The position numbers were made by a program, and so were the translations under genes. A stretch of 64,000 nucleotides of DNA from Octopus sinensis. Taxonomy: Eukaryota. Position 1 is the first letter of the stretch. Every line of letters starts with the position of its first letter. The notes beneath the pieces are model-generated. The model ran no database searches, was not told where the DNA came from, and saw nothing but the letters and a program-made list of their open reading frames with translations. The stretch spans positions 73,532,001 to 73,596,000 of the forward strand of contig NC_043000.1 of assembly GCF_006345805.1 (NCBI RefSeq). The letters are read 5' to 3'. This document shows, piece after piece, positions 12,532 to 24,509 of the stretch.

Positions 12532-12843
12532 ACAATCATAGTTGTCGGCGAGAATTAGATCTCCTTCACAAATACTTATACTTTTTCCAGCGCCCACTGT
12601 CGCTGATATTGAAAAAGTGAAATCAAACAATGATAAATATCAAAGTGAGTTATATACAGTAGCGGTAACACATCGTGACGTATTTTTGCCATTTCAATAT
12701 GGCTAACCCCTAAGGGTGGATGCTACTGTAGTTTTTAGCCCCAGGAGGACACACTCCTCCAGCTGGCCATAGACACACTTTCTGTGTCCTGTCAGTATTT
12801 GCAAAGGGAAGTCATCCTTCCCGTCTTCAACTTATGATACACA

Positions 12844-12888
12844 CACACGGACTCGAGTTTCGAGGTATTGACCTCTCGTCAGCGTGTG
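12844..12888 (-). ncRNA. Type I hammerhead ribozyme (identical second copy)
   Basis: Same 45-nt motif, 357 nt from the first copy. Confidence 0.93.
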
Positions 12889-13051
12889 ACAATCATAGTT
12901 GTCGGCGAGAATTAGATCTCCTTCACAAATACTTAATCTTTTCCAGCGCCCACTGTCGCTGATATTGAAAAAGTGAAATCAAACAATGATAAATATCAAA
13001 GTGAGTTATATACAGTAGCGGTAACACATCGTGACGTATTTTTGCCATTTC

Positions 13052-16000
13052 CTTTTTTACACGTTCCACTGACACAGGTGCCAGTGAAGCGACGTTGGTA
13101 ACGATCACGCTCGAATGGTGCCCTTTTATGTGCCACGAATACGGAAGCAAGTTGGCTGCTCTGGCAACGATCACGCTCGGATGGTGTTCTTGGCACCCTA
13201 GTAGCACAGGCATAAGTGCCAGTATGGCGACGCTGGTAACGATCATACTCGAATAGCTTTTTTGTCAACGATCACACTCGTATGGTGCTCTTTGCACCAC
13301 GCTAGCACGGATGCCAGTCATCGAAATGATTCTGATTTTGATTTTGATTTCACTTGCCACAATAGGTCTTCGCAAGCAAAGTTTAGTGACCAAAGAAGGA
13401 AAAGCTACGCATAAGCGTGGTTGTTATGCTCCTGAAATAGGCCACGAGTTATGGTTTCATCTGGCTTGCCGGGTCTTCTCGAGCTCAGCATATTTCCAAA
13501 GGTCTCGGTCGCTAGTCATTAACTTGGTGAGGCCTAATGCTAGAAGTCATGCTTCACCACTTCATCCCAGGTCTTCCTGGGTCTACCTCTTCCACATGTT
13601 CCCTCAACCGCTAGGGTGTGGCACTTTTTCACTCAGCTATCCTCATCCATTCTCACCACATGATCATACCAACGCAGTCGTCCCTCTTGCACACCACATC
13701 TAATGCTTCTTAAGTCCAACTTTTCTCTCAAGATACTTACACTTTGTCGAGTATGCACACTGACATTACACATCCATCGGATCATACTGGCTTCATTCCT
13801 TGCGAGCTTACGCATATCCTCAGCAGTCACAGCCCATGTTTCACTTCATGTAGCATGGCTGTTCGTACACATGCATCTTACAGTCTACCTTTTACTCTTA
13901 GCGAGAGGCCCTTTGTCACCAGCAGAGGTAACAGCTCTCTGAACTTTGCCCAAGCTATTCTTATTCTAGCAACTAGAATTTCAGTGCACCCTCCTCCGCT
14001 ACTGATTTGGTCACCTAGATAACGGAAGTTATCAACTACTTCTAGTTTTTCTCCCTGGGATGTGACGGAAGTTGGTCTCTGCGCATTTGCAGTGTTTATT
14101 GCTCCCGAGCATCTGCCATATTACAAAAACTATCTTCCCAGTTAGCCTTTCTTTGATATTACTGCACCACTTATGTGTCCATAGCTTACACTAGGTATAT
14201 CTTATAGAGTTTCTACCTACACCTCTACTACAGATAAAAAAGGGCCATCTACCTGAAGGTATTTGTGGTTTGGCTGCCTTCCGACTTATTAGGACTTTTG
14301 TTGATTCTATGTTGATTCTAAGGCCCTTCGATTCTAATCCTTGTTTCCACACTTAAAACTTCTCTCTAGTTCTGATAGCGACTCAGCGATTAGGGCAAGG
14401 TCATCAGCATAGAGGAGCTCCCAGGGGCATCCTGTCTGGAATTCCTCCGTTATTACCTGGAGGACTATGATAAATAGGAGGGGGCTGAGGACTGAACCCT
14501 GGTGGACCCCAACCTCTACTTTGAATTCTTCTGTCTACCTGTTGCCAACCCTTACCTTACTTACAGCGTCCCTGTACATGGCTTGCACAGCTCTCACTAA
14601 CAATTCATCTGTCCCTCGTTTCCTCATTGACCACCAGATAAGGGATTTGGGGACCCTGTCAAAGGCTTTCTCCATGTCAACGAAAGCCAGGTACAGGGGC
14701 TTATCTTTGGCTAGGTATTTCTCCTGCAGCTGTCTTACCAGGAATATAGCATCCGTAGTACTTTTCCCTGGCACGAACCCAAACTGCATCTCATCTAAAC
14801 TTACTTTCTTCCTAATAATTATCTGATCCAACAGCTTGATACTTCTGTAATTATTTGTATCTAGGGTGTCACCTTTACCTTTGTAGCAGTTAACTATTAT
14901 GCTGCTACACCAGTCATTGGGTATGACTCCGTGTATCACCTGGTTAACTATTCGGGTGACGAGGCTATAGCCGACATTGCCAGATATTTTGAGCATCTCT
15001 GCAGTAATTCCTGATGGGCCTGAGGCTATCCCTGTCTTCATGCTTCTAATTGCCTTGACTACCACGGAACTGTCAACACGGATAGCTGGTCACTCTGTTG
15101 GGTCGACATACGGTAGACTCTCTTTATCCCATGCATTTTCTTTATTCAGCAACCTTTCATAGTGGTGTCTCCAAACCATTCTCTTCGCATCCTCATTTAG
15201 CGCAAGTGAACCATCATCCATGCGAACACATTTCTCTCCTACCACATCACGATTCTCTCTCACATTGTTTTGCAACACGAAATACCTCAAGTCATTCGTC
15301 CTCACGGCGCAGAACATTGGCAAATTTTTTCTTATCTGCTTCCCCTCTGGCTGATTACACCTGCCTCCTGGCTTCCCTTCTGGCAGTCTGATACACTTCC
15401 CTGCTACCACCGTTCTTCCAGTCCTTCCAAGCTTGTTTCTTTTCTCTAATAGCCCTGTCAACAATATTGTTCCACTACCACGTTATTTTGGGTCTTGAGG
15501 GGACTTTGCACACCAACCACTGATCTGGTCAGTGGCTCTTAGTAGGTTGTCCCTTAGAAACCTCCAGTTGTCTTCTACTCCATCTGAAGCTATATCCCCT
15601 TCCATTTCGTCAAAGGCTTCAAGTAATATGTCTCTAAATCTCTGTCCATTTGCAGATCTTTAAGCATCCAGACCCTTCTTCTCCATGTTGGTCGTCTTCT
15701 GGTCGTCCTCTTAGTCCAGATCCTAAAGTCACTAACTACCAGTTTGTGTTGTGGGGTACATTCTTCGCCTGGGAAGGTTTTGGCATTTATAAGCAACCAT
15801 CTTTCCCTTTTCTGGTAAGGATATAGTCAATTTGGCTAGTATGTCGGCCCGATCGGTAGGTGACTATGTGGCTGGTAGGTTTCCTGAAGTTAGTGTTGCA
15901 AACCATAAGATCATTTGCATCGCAGAACTTCAGCAGCCTGGTTCCCCTCCTCGTTGCGGGGACCATAACCGTAGCCTCTATGTACGCCTTGGGAGCCCCC

Positions 16001-16490
16001 TGTATGTTGTCCAACATGCCCATTGAAGTCACCAGCCACAAAGAGAAGGTCCCTGTCGTTCGTCGATGAAGTAGTCTGCAGGAGGGTGTCATTGTATCGG
16101 TCTTTCTGTCCATCAGGTAGCCCTGGCTGAGGGGCATAGGCCGATATAATGGTAGCTAATCCATGATGAAGCACTAATCTAATCTTAAGTATTCTGTCGC
16201 ATACTCTGACTACCTCAATTACCTTATCTACCCATTTTTCAGCGAGAAGTATACCCACACCCCCGACCCCGTCAGTGTTTCCAGCCCAGAAAATCTTGTA
16301 CCTGCGTTCTTTGCCTGTGAGGAACCTAGCAGAACCTCTTCTCCACCTCACTTCTTGGATGTAACACATATCGACACATCTCCGTTCAAGCATCTCAACA
16401 ATCTCACCAGACCTACCTTTCAGTGTGCCGACGTTGAGGGTGCCAATCCTGAGGGTGTGGGAGGTATGTGCCCTAGGGACCTTGGGACGG
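13052..16490 (-). mobile_element. Near full-length decayed RTE-clade LINE (APE + RT), 3' UTR truncated
   Basis: TLNVGTL..QEVRW..GVGI..SAYAPQ..GDFNGHVG; GPSG, QFGFVPGKSTTDAIF, FVDMEKAFD, GVHQGSVLSPLLF, LLYADDL, YLG. Confidence 0.92.
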
Positions 16491-16523
16491 GGGAATATAT
16501 AATATATATACATATATGTATAT

Positions 16524-16560
<37 letters not shown>

Positions 16561-16597
16561 ACACACACACACAACACACAACATATATATATATATT

Positions 16598-17322
16598 GTA
16601 TTTAGGAATGGTCAATTTGCTAGTTTAGTCAATAAAAACACGTGCACTATATAATTGGTGTTAATTTGCTTCAGCGTTATTTATTTATTACATTAATCTT
16701 AATCTTTTTCGGCCAGAGTTCTTTCGTCACACTTCTGTGACCTCATCAGTGCTCCTTTGCTTTCTTCTTTATTATTTGTGTGTCTCTCCTTACTAACGGT
16801 CAGCCATTTTCTATTTTGTATTCTTATTGAATGAGTCTTCATTTGTGCGCATGCGTATACCTTTATGTGTGTCTGTGTTTTGTTAGTGTGGTGTGTGGGG
16901 GGGAGTGCCTGTAATATTTGTATCTCCTGTTTATACACGTCCGTGTAATTTGTTTTTGTTTATTTTTATTTTGTTCATGTGTTTACACCTACTTATTTTT
17001 TTTTGTTGTATTTAGTTAAATTTTTTTAATGTATATAGTTATTACTTCCATTTGTTTCTTATCTGTGTATTTTTTTATTTTATTATGTTTTTAGTTTTGT
17101 TTATATTGTTACCAGTTTATGAGGATCTTATTCTGTCATATGCTGTGTGTGTTTGTGTTGGGGGTGTATGCTAGTGTTCCATTCCAGTTTCCTATTCAGG
17201 CTAGGTTTATCTTCTATCATGTGTGTAGCTTCCATAATTTGTATAATTGTTGCAAATTAACATCAAATATATAATGCGTGTTTTTATTGGCTAAACCGGC
17301 AAAATGACCATTCCTAATACAA
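16598..17322 (-). mobile_element. Miniature 5'-truncated Penelope-like insertion with an inverted terminal segment
   Basis: Minus-strand QIMEATHMIEDKPSLNRKLEW (~17170-17250) resembles a GIY-YIG C-terminus. 16598-16669 and 17252-17322 are ~85% identical inverted copies. Downstream hammerhead-like motif. Confidence 0.6.
16711..16755 (-). ncRNA. Degenerate type I hammerhead motif
   Basis: ggagca-CTGATGA-g GTCAC agaagt GTGAC-GAAA-gaac-TC-tggcc. Stem II good, stem I weak. Confidence 0.55.
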
Positions 17323-17362
17323 AACATCTGTACGATTTCACATCAAGTATCTTGCAAAACAA

Positions 17363-17401
<39 letters not shown>

Positions 17402-17564
17402 ATAAGGATATAATCATAAAATAATTATATCAGTAGCCTTACACTTAAAAATGACTGTATAGGTAACATTAATTATTTTTTTGCATATATAATGACCAGT
17501 TAAGGACCAGTTGGATGTGACAGCATCGAAATCAAAGATTTATTTACGGAGACAGCGATTATTT

Positions 17565-17635
17565 ATCACCTGAGGAGATACAACTAGATCCTGTATATAT
17601 GTGGATCTATGTTGTACCAAAACATGTGTAGTGGT
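17565..17635 (+). ncRNA. Type I hammerhead with a G12A core mutation (probably inactive)
   Basis: atcac-CTGAGGA-gatacaac tagatcc..ggatcta t gttgtacc-AAAA-catgtg-TA-gtggt. Long paired stem II. Confidence 0.7.
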
Positions 17636-17824
17636 TAATAACAGCTATTGAATCATACTCCCTCTTCTTTTTGACTCTATTCTTTCCTTCTTATTTTTCA
17701 CACTTGAGAATGCCTAAGCCTAGAATTGGTAGTATACCATAATACATCTGGCTATCTGGTAATTCTGAGGGTGAACAAGTTCTATTTTGTACTCTGATAC
17801 GTTCTCAACAGAATACACCTCACC

Positions 17825-17865
<41 letters not shown>

Positions 17866-17904
17866 AACATATACACATACATACACACATGCACATATAT
17901 ATAT

Positions 17905-17972
17905 ACATATACTCTCTTTACTATTTTACTTGCTTCAGTAATTTGACTGTGGCCATGCTGAAGCACCGCCTT
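17905..17972 (-). mobile_element. 3' end of a tRNA-SINE family (same family as 57205-57570), cut by the RTE insertion
   Basis: ttttacttgcttcagtaatttgactgtggccatgctgaagcaccgcc matches ~57215-57265. Confidence 0.7.
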
Positions 17973-18899
17973 TCATCATCATCATTCATCATTGTTCGAC
18001 CGTGGTCGAGACAATGGAATTTACCATGTTGCGCCAGACTTCACGGTCCATCATAGCATTACGGAGGTCCTGTTGCTGGATGCCTGTATCCCTGGAGATT
18101 ACATCAGGGTAGGAGAGTGTGCGCCCTCTGGTGTTGCGAGTAGATGGCTTCCAGAGGAGAAGAGTAGAAATTACTTCTTTTTCAGCTCTACAACAATGTC
18201 CAGCAAACTGGACTCTCCTACCCTTCACAAGAGATGACACAGGTGGTAATTTCCCATATATTTGCATTTTCGTTGGATGGCGCCTCCACGAGAGATTTTG
18301 AGCTCTCATAAGGAGGCGAGTGTAGGTTCCATCCAACCGCCTCTCAAGCTTCTTTGATAACGTCCAGGTTTCTGAGCCATATAGTAGGATTGGTTCGACT
18401 GTGGCTTTGAATATTTCAAGTTTGAAGTCTCTACTTAGATTTGATGACCAGATCTTATGCATGTCATTACAGCTGACCAGGCCATACCCTTTCTAGTTAG
18501 AAAGTCTTTTCCAGATGATGATATGTATGACCCAAGATATTTATAATCAGAAACCATATTTAAAGGTGCACTGTTGAGAGTGTGGATGATGCAATCACTG
18601 TTGGACAGGCACTTGTTTATGTATTCAGTTTTGGTCTCATTAAGGTAAAGACCATACACAATTTGAGGCTTGTTCAAGAGATTGTAAAAGAGACTGGGCA
18701 TTGGAGAGAGAATCACTGATAAGAGCGATGTCGTCAGCAAAGTCAGTGTCTGTCAAGTACTCAGCTGGGTGTCTGGAACTTCTTCTTGGTTTTATTTCAA
18801 AGCCCTTGCCAGAGATGGTATCAACTGACATACGTAGCTCATAATCAACAACAATGATGAAAAGAAATGGGGCGAGTGTGTCTCCCTGCAGTATTCCGG
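17973..18899 (-). mobile_element. RTE-like LINE (second family), RT C-terminal half with a (GAT)n tail; runs into the assembly gap
   Basis: LTDTDFADDIALI, KYLGS, LLYGSETWTL, FAGHC; catcatcat tail at ~17973-17990. Confidence 0.85.
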
Positions 18900-18999
18900 N
18901 NNNNNNNNNNNNNNNNNNNNNNNNNNNNNNNNNNNNNNNNNNNNNNNNNNNNNNNNNNNNNNNNNNNNNNNNNNNNNNNNNNNNNNNNNNNNNNNNNNN
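18900..18999. other. Assembly gap (100 N)
   Basis: Run of N. Confidence 0.99.
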
Positions 19000-20009
19000 A
19001 TATATTACATCCGGGTGAATGGCAAACTTTTACAAAATTGCATTTTCGGGAGGGAAAAGTTTATATATATGGATGTATAGAGAGAGATCAAAATTGAAAA
19101 TATTCAGATGATCATGCAAATATAAGCATATAGATATTTATATATTTACAGAATAGATTTACATGGAGTACCAAAAAATGGGAAACCAGGGTAAGAGGAC
19201 ATGGTGTTTCAGGTCCAAAAGCTGTTTTGTGGGGCTCATAATTATGTAATAGTTGTAATGTTGGCAGATGGAGTGTGAAAAAAGTTAAGGATATGCAACC
19301 AGTAGTGGATACATATAAACATTACCATAAATCTAGCCTCTGTCTTCAGGGTGGAGAGTTTGGCATCTAACATTTTGGATTATAATACAAGGAATTTAAG
19401 GGTTGAAAGGATGATGAAGAAGGCAAATAGAAGTACGTGGTTGGAAGGCAGGAGGGGAGTGTTGAAGCAGAAGGGCAAGAAGAATTAGGAGAGGAAGAAG
19501 GTAGGTGGAGGGGTGAGTGACCAGGGGATTGAGATGAGTGAGAAGGGTGGGATGAGTAGCATTGTGAAGAGTGGTGTCCTTGTTGGGTGTTTTGGCAACA
19601 TGTGTTGTTAATCAGATGGTGAAGCCTATAGAACTGAGAAAGGGAAATAGTTATGATGAGGGAAGGGATTTAGTTATAGATGCCAGCAGGTAGTTAAAGG
19701 GGAAATAGTAAATAGAGAGGTGGACAGAGCGAGAGTAAGGGAGAGATTGGTTGGTAACAATAGCAAGGGGTAGGTAGTGCTAAGTGGTTCTGGTTGAGGA
19801 TAAAGCTAGGAGGAGATTGAGCAGGAATTCAAAATATGAGGGTGTGGTGGTGGTATAGGAGGATGTGCTAGGCAGGAGAATGTGTGAAAGGAATCGATAG
19901 ATATAGAAGAGAGGTTAAATAGAAGAAATATGTTGCTAACATGGATAAGCTGTAATTTAAAGTTGTATTGTAATTAAGGGAATTATATAGACTGTGTGTA
20001 ATGGGTAAA

Positions 20010-20219
20010 CTATGAATAAAATTTGTGTTTACACGAAAGGATTACATCTGAGAATCTGTTGAATAATCCTTTCATATAAGCACAAATAGTATTCATCGTT
20101 TTCCTACTATGCAAAGGCCATATAATTCCCCTAATCAAACAATAGGTTCTCTGATGTAATCTTGTATAAGCGCAAAATTTCTTCCACATTTTCCCATTAC
20201 GTAAAGTCTTTAGCAGCAT
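20010..20219 (-). mobile_element. Possible decayed PLE GIY-YIG C-terminal fragment
   Basis: Ends ...GLFNRFSDVILSCKHKFYS, loosely like LLNKISEHSPNCMHK and LVNTVIERAYRCKH in the other PLE copies. Confidence 0.3.
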
Positions 20220-20891
20220 TTACTTTCTCCCTTCTCCTGGTGCTATTTTCTTGTTATCTCAACATACCTTACACCTCTGCTACCCAGTCCCTACTATTCT
20301 CCTTCATTGCTTATCTCTTCTAGTCCCTTAGTCTAGTTAGCTGCCATCCCTGATTGACACCACACCGACTTTTCCTTTACCCCTCCTCTCTCTGTTTTTC
20401 TGTTTAACTTCTGGTCAGTTCCCCTATGTTATAGAATTTCTTTTTCTTCTACTTGCCTTTCATTTCGTCTTTTCTACCCCTATTCACCCCTTCCTACATG
20501 GTAGAAATCTTCCTCTCTTTCCCTTCCTTTTTTCCTTATTCTACTCCTTCTCTCCCTTCAACCATTTAAATTTTTAGCACTGCTATATGAACTGCATTTT
20601 CCAGCCTTTTCTTGACAATGGAAGGGGTGGGGCAAACTTATAATATCTCCATGTGACTGTTTACTGGTTGCATACCCAAGATATTTTGTGTATTCTATCT
20701 GAAAATTATGACTATTTCAATTATTATGTAATTCCAAGCTTCCTGAAACAGCTAAGTTAAGAAATTATGTACTTTCTTCATAGTATTCTGTATATTTTAT
20801 ACTCTATGTATATGTATGCATGTGTATGTGTATTCTTAATATACATAGATTTAAGTGTCTGTGTGTGCATGCATGTGTGTGTATACATACT

Positions 20892-20941
<50 letters not shown>

Positions 20942-20942
<1 letters not shown>

Positions 20943-22171
20943 GAGGGACGTTCAATAAGTAATGCCCCTGATCCACTTGCAGTTGTTTGATCTAGCTAAA
21001 ATTTTGCACCAGCAATTATTTATATCTCCATAGATTAAGTGGTAAATTACAGCTCTGAACTAATCGTGGTTTCTGATTTACAGGTGTTTGAACTGAGTCA
21101 AGTGTGAATTGGAGCCTATTGAGTGTCGAGCAGTGATCCGGTTTTTGTATTTGAAAGGACGCTCACCACGGGATACTTTTAATGAAATGAAAGTAACTTA
21201 TGGTGATGATGCCCCATCATATGACCTTGTAAAACGCTGGCATCGTGAATTCAAACATGGTCGGAACTCTGTGGCAACAGCTCCCAGATCTGGTTGCCCC
21301 CTTCTGCCATTGATGAGGCATCTGTCCGTCAAGTTGAGGCTGCCATTTTGGAAGATCGACACATAACTATTCGCCAAATAGCCCATAAGCTCAAGATTAG
21401 TACCGGGTCTTTGGAAACTATCATTCATGACCATTTACATATGCAAAAGGTGTCTGCCAGATGGATTCCCAGGTTGCTCACGCCTTTCCAGAACAGAACA
21501 AGAACGCTTCGTGTGCTCGAGGATGAATTTGGAGATGTGCCAAGAAGATGAGTCAAATTTTTCAAAAGACTGATTACACAGGATGAAACCTGGGTCCATC
21601 ACTATGATCCAGAGACCAAATCTCAGTCAATGCAGTGGAAGCACCGTGACTTACCTCCTCCAAAGAAGGCAAGGGTGCAGCCCTCCGCTGGCAAGGTTAT
21701 GCTCACAGTCTTCTGGGACCAGGACGGAGTAGTGATGACAGATTTCCTGGCAAAGGGTACCACAATTACAGGAGCCTATTATGCCTCACTTCTGAGGAAA
21801 TTAAGAGAAGCTATCAAAATCAAGAGGCGGGGCAAGATCAGCAAAGGCATCCTCCTCCTGCAGGACAACGCTCCGGTCCACAACTCGGATTTCGCCAGAT
21901 CAGAAGCACAGGCGTGCGGCTATGAACTCCACCCCATCCCCCTACTCTCCTGACCTTGCACCCTCTGATTTTCACCTCTTCCCAGCCATGAAGTTGTTTT
22001 TGAAAGGAAAGCGTCTTCTACAAAAACGGTCCCCAGAGCTGCATCAAACGATGGGAGAAATGCGTAACTCTGGGTGGTTCCTATGTAGAAAAAGACTAAT
22101 AACTGTGCCAAGCTTCGTTGCTCTACTGCTATGGGAAGTGGGTCAGGATCATTACAGTTGAACGCCCCTCG
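20942..22171 (+). mobile_element. Mariner (DD34D-type) DNA transposon, frameshifted and internally deleted
   Basis: TIRs cgagggacgttcaataagtaatg / cattacagttgaacgcccctcg in (TA)n. HTH (RAVIRFL..WHREFKHG), DETWVHHYDPE, WDQDGV, QDNAPVH, YSPDLAPSDFHLF. Confidence 0.93.
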
Positions 22172-22318
22172 TATATATATATATGAATTAGAAAAGAACC
22201 ACCTTTTATCAATTCAATAATGAAAAATTAAATTATACTATTTAGAAAAATTACATATAGAAAGATTAAATATAAGATAAAACATAGATAATAAATAAAA
22301 CGTATAAATTTGGTAGAA

Positions 22319-22397
22319 TAACGACACATGTTTCATGGCTATATTTAAGAAATGATAATAGTAATAATCAATATAAATATAGCCACTCTTCAGGTTA
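22319..22397 (-). ncRNA. Type I hammerhead ribozyme with a 12-bp stem II
   Basis: taac-CTGAAGA-g TGGCTATATTTA..TAAATATAGCCA t-GAAA-CATGTG-TC-gtta. Confidence 0.8.
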
Positions 22398-23054
22398 AGG
22401 ATAACAACAATAAAATAATTAATTAGATAAATTAATAAATATACGTAAATAATCTTGTAAAATACGAAATTTCTTAACAAATATATTCTTGTTTAAAAAG
22501 TAAGATACAATTAATTAAAATATTTAAAACAAATATATATATATATATATAAATACTATAATTTAAACTATATACATTAAATTAAATTAATAATTAATTA
22601 ATAATTAATTTAATTATTTATTTGATAATATCTTATACTAAATAATATCTTATACCCATTAAGTAATTTATATAAAAAACCTTAATGTTAAGTAATATAC
22701 ATAATGTTAGTACAAGCTATAAATATTAGAATTTAAAATAGGAAATGGTTCAAATATATACATACCTATTAGATAAACTAACTATATTTACTAATATATA
22801 TGTATTTTACTCAATAATAAAGTTGACCAAAATATCAATTAATATTAAACTAATTTACTTAAATGTAATACTACGTAATAAATATACCACCTAACTATTA
22901 AATAATGTATTGTCTTACAAAACTAATTCTCAAATTAAATTATATGTAATATGTTAAATCACATTATAAAAATAAAAATAACGCATAATAAATAAATAGA
23001 TATACATATCATAACTAATAATTATCAAGAAATTATATATAAATTAATATTTTG

Positions 23055-23156
<102 letters not shown>

Positions 23157-23399
23157 CTTAATACAATTCAAAAGTTAAATAATATTGTTGAATAAAAAAC
23201 GTTACTTTAGCTTGTCAATGAAAATAATATAACTGAATTTTAAATATAAAAATGTAGGTCTTAGCGTTTATAAGAAGTTAAACCCAAGAAGGCGTTGTGT
23301 AAAAAATAGAATAAAATTATCAATGAAAATGACGAAAAATATTTATTAATGAAAATGACGAAAAATATTTAAGCTTCATGAATTAAAGAAAAATAGAAT

Positions 23400-24480
23400 A
23401 ACAAAAGAACTATAAATGACTATTTACTATAAATTAAGTTCCAAATAATTAAGTAAAATATACATATAATATTAAATTAATTTATATTACTATAACTAAT
23501 AGGTCTTGATAAAATTATATATAATCATTTATGTATTAAGAAATATCTAAGTTGAAAATTATTCAAATATATTAATATAACATAATAATATAGTAAATTA
23601 TACACTAATACTATTAACTTATATCTACAAGAAGTAAATAACATAAAAAGAAATAAGGTTTTATACACATGGAAAAATAAGTTAAACATATAATATAGGT
23701 AAATAAATTTATGTTAGCATTTGATTTTAAATGACTATTTACTTTAAATTTAAAGTCTAAATAATGAATAAGTAAAATATATATATTATATTTAAATTAA
23801 TTTATATTACTATAATTAATATATCTCAATAAATTTATATAATCATTTATTTATTAGCTAAACCTATTATATAGATAATTTAATTTATATTTACATTTAA
23901 TTTTACGTTCCTCTAACAAATTTACCAACACATAATTGTTATTAAATAGTATTTCTTTGAATCCATTATTACACAATGAACAATAATTACTCCCTATACA
24001 ATACGATTTAGCCCTACAAATAATTTCCCAATTTAGTTTATATTAAATAGATCTAGAATTTAAGGTCCCAAATATATTTACTGAGACCTGTTGAATTTAT
24101 TAGATTTTTATTCCTAAAAGAATACATATGTTGAGATACTCTTGATTTAATTATATTCGAAGTGGACTCTATATAGATAGTGTTTAAATTATTATAATTA
24201 CCATACACTTATTCATGTAGTCTTATCCCTACATGAACAATAAATTATATCTTGGATTTTATTATTATTATTGGAATCAATATTTAATCTATCTTTGTAG
24301 AATTTATTTAATTTAAATGTATTAAATGAAGAAATAATATTACCAACATTATTAGTAGTTGAATACCCAACTCCAAAATTATAATTAGAATAAATCCCTA
24401 ATGAATATTTCAATTATATTTAAAATCTCTTTAATAATCTCTAGAAAAAAAATAAGGTACTAATATACAATACATGTACA
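23400..24480 (-). mobile_element. Decayed AT-rich Penelope-like 3' fragment (linker + GIY-YIG) with diverged downstream direct repeats
   Basis: GYSTTNNVGNIISSFN..CSCRDKTT; YIESTSNIIKSRVSQH..STGLSKYIWDLK..WEII..CSLC..KCKYK. Repeats at ~23415-23540 and ~23730-23860. Confidence 0.75.
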
Positions 24481-24509
24481 TCACCTCCAAACCTAATATA
24501 TATATATAT

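Larger units (their letters stand above)
12274..13051 (-). mobile_element. ~357-bp tandem unit (2.2 copies) with one hammerhead per unit; non-LTR retrozyme-like
   Basis: Units start at ~12275, ~12629 and ~12985 and are nearly identical; non-coding and hairpin-rich. Confidence 0.8.

Noticed and set aside
19000-20760. Purine-rich then pyrimidine-rich blocks as an inverted repeat or a gene
   Set aside because: No base-level complementarity or credible ORF found by eye, apart from a weak PLE-like fragment.
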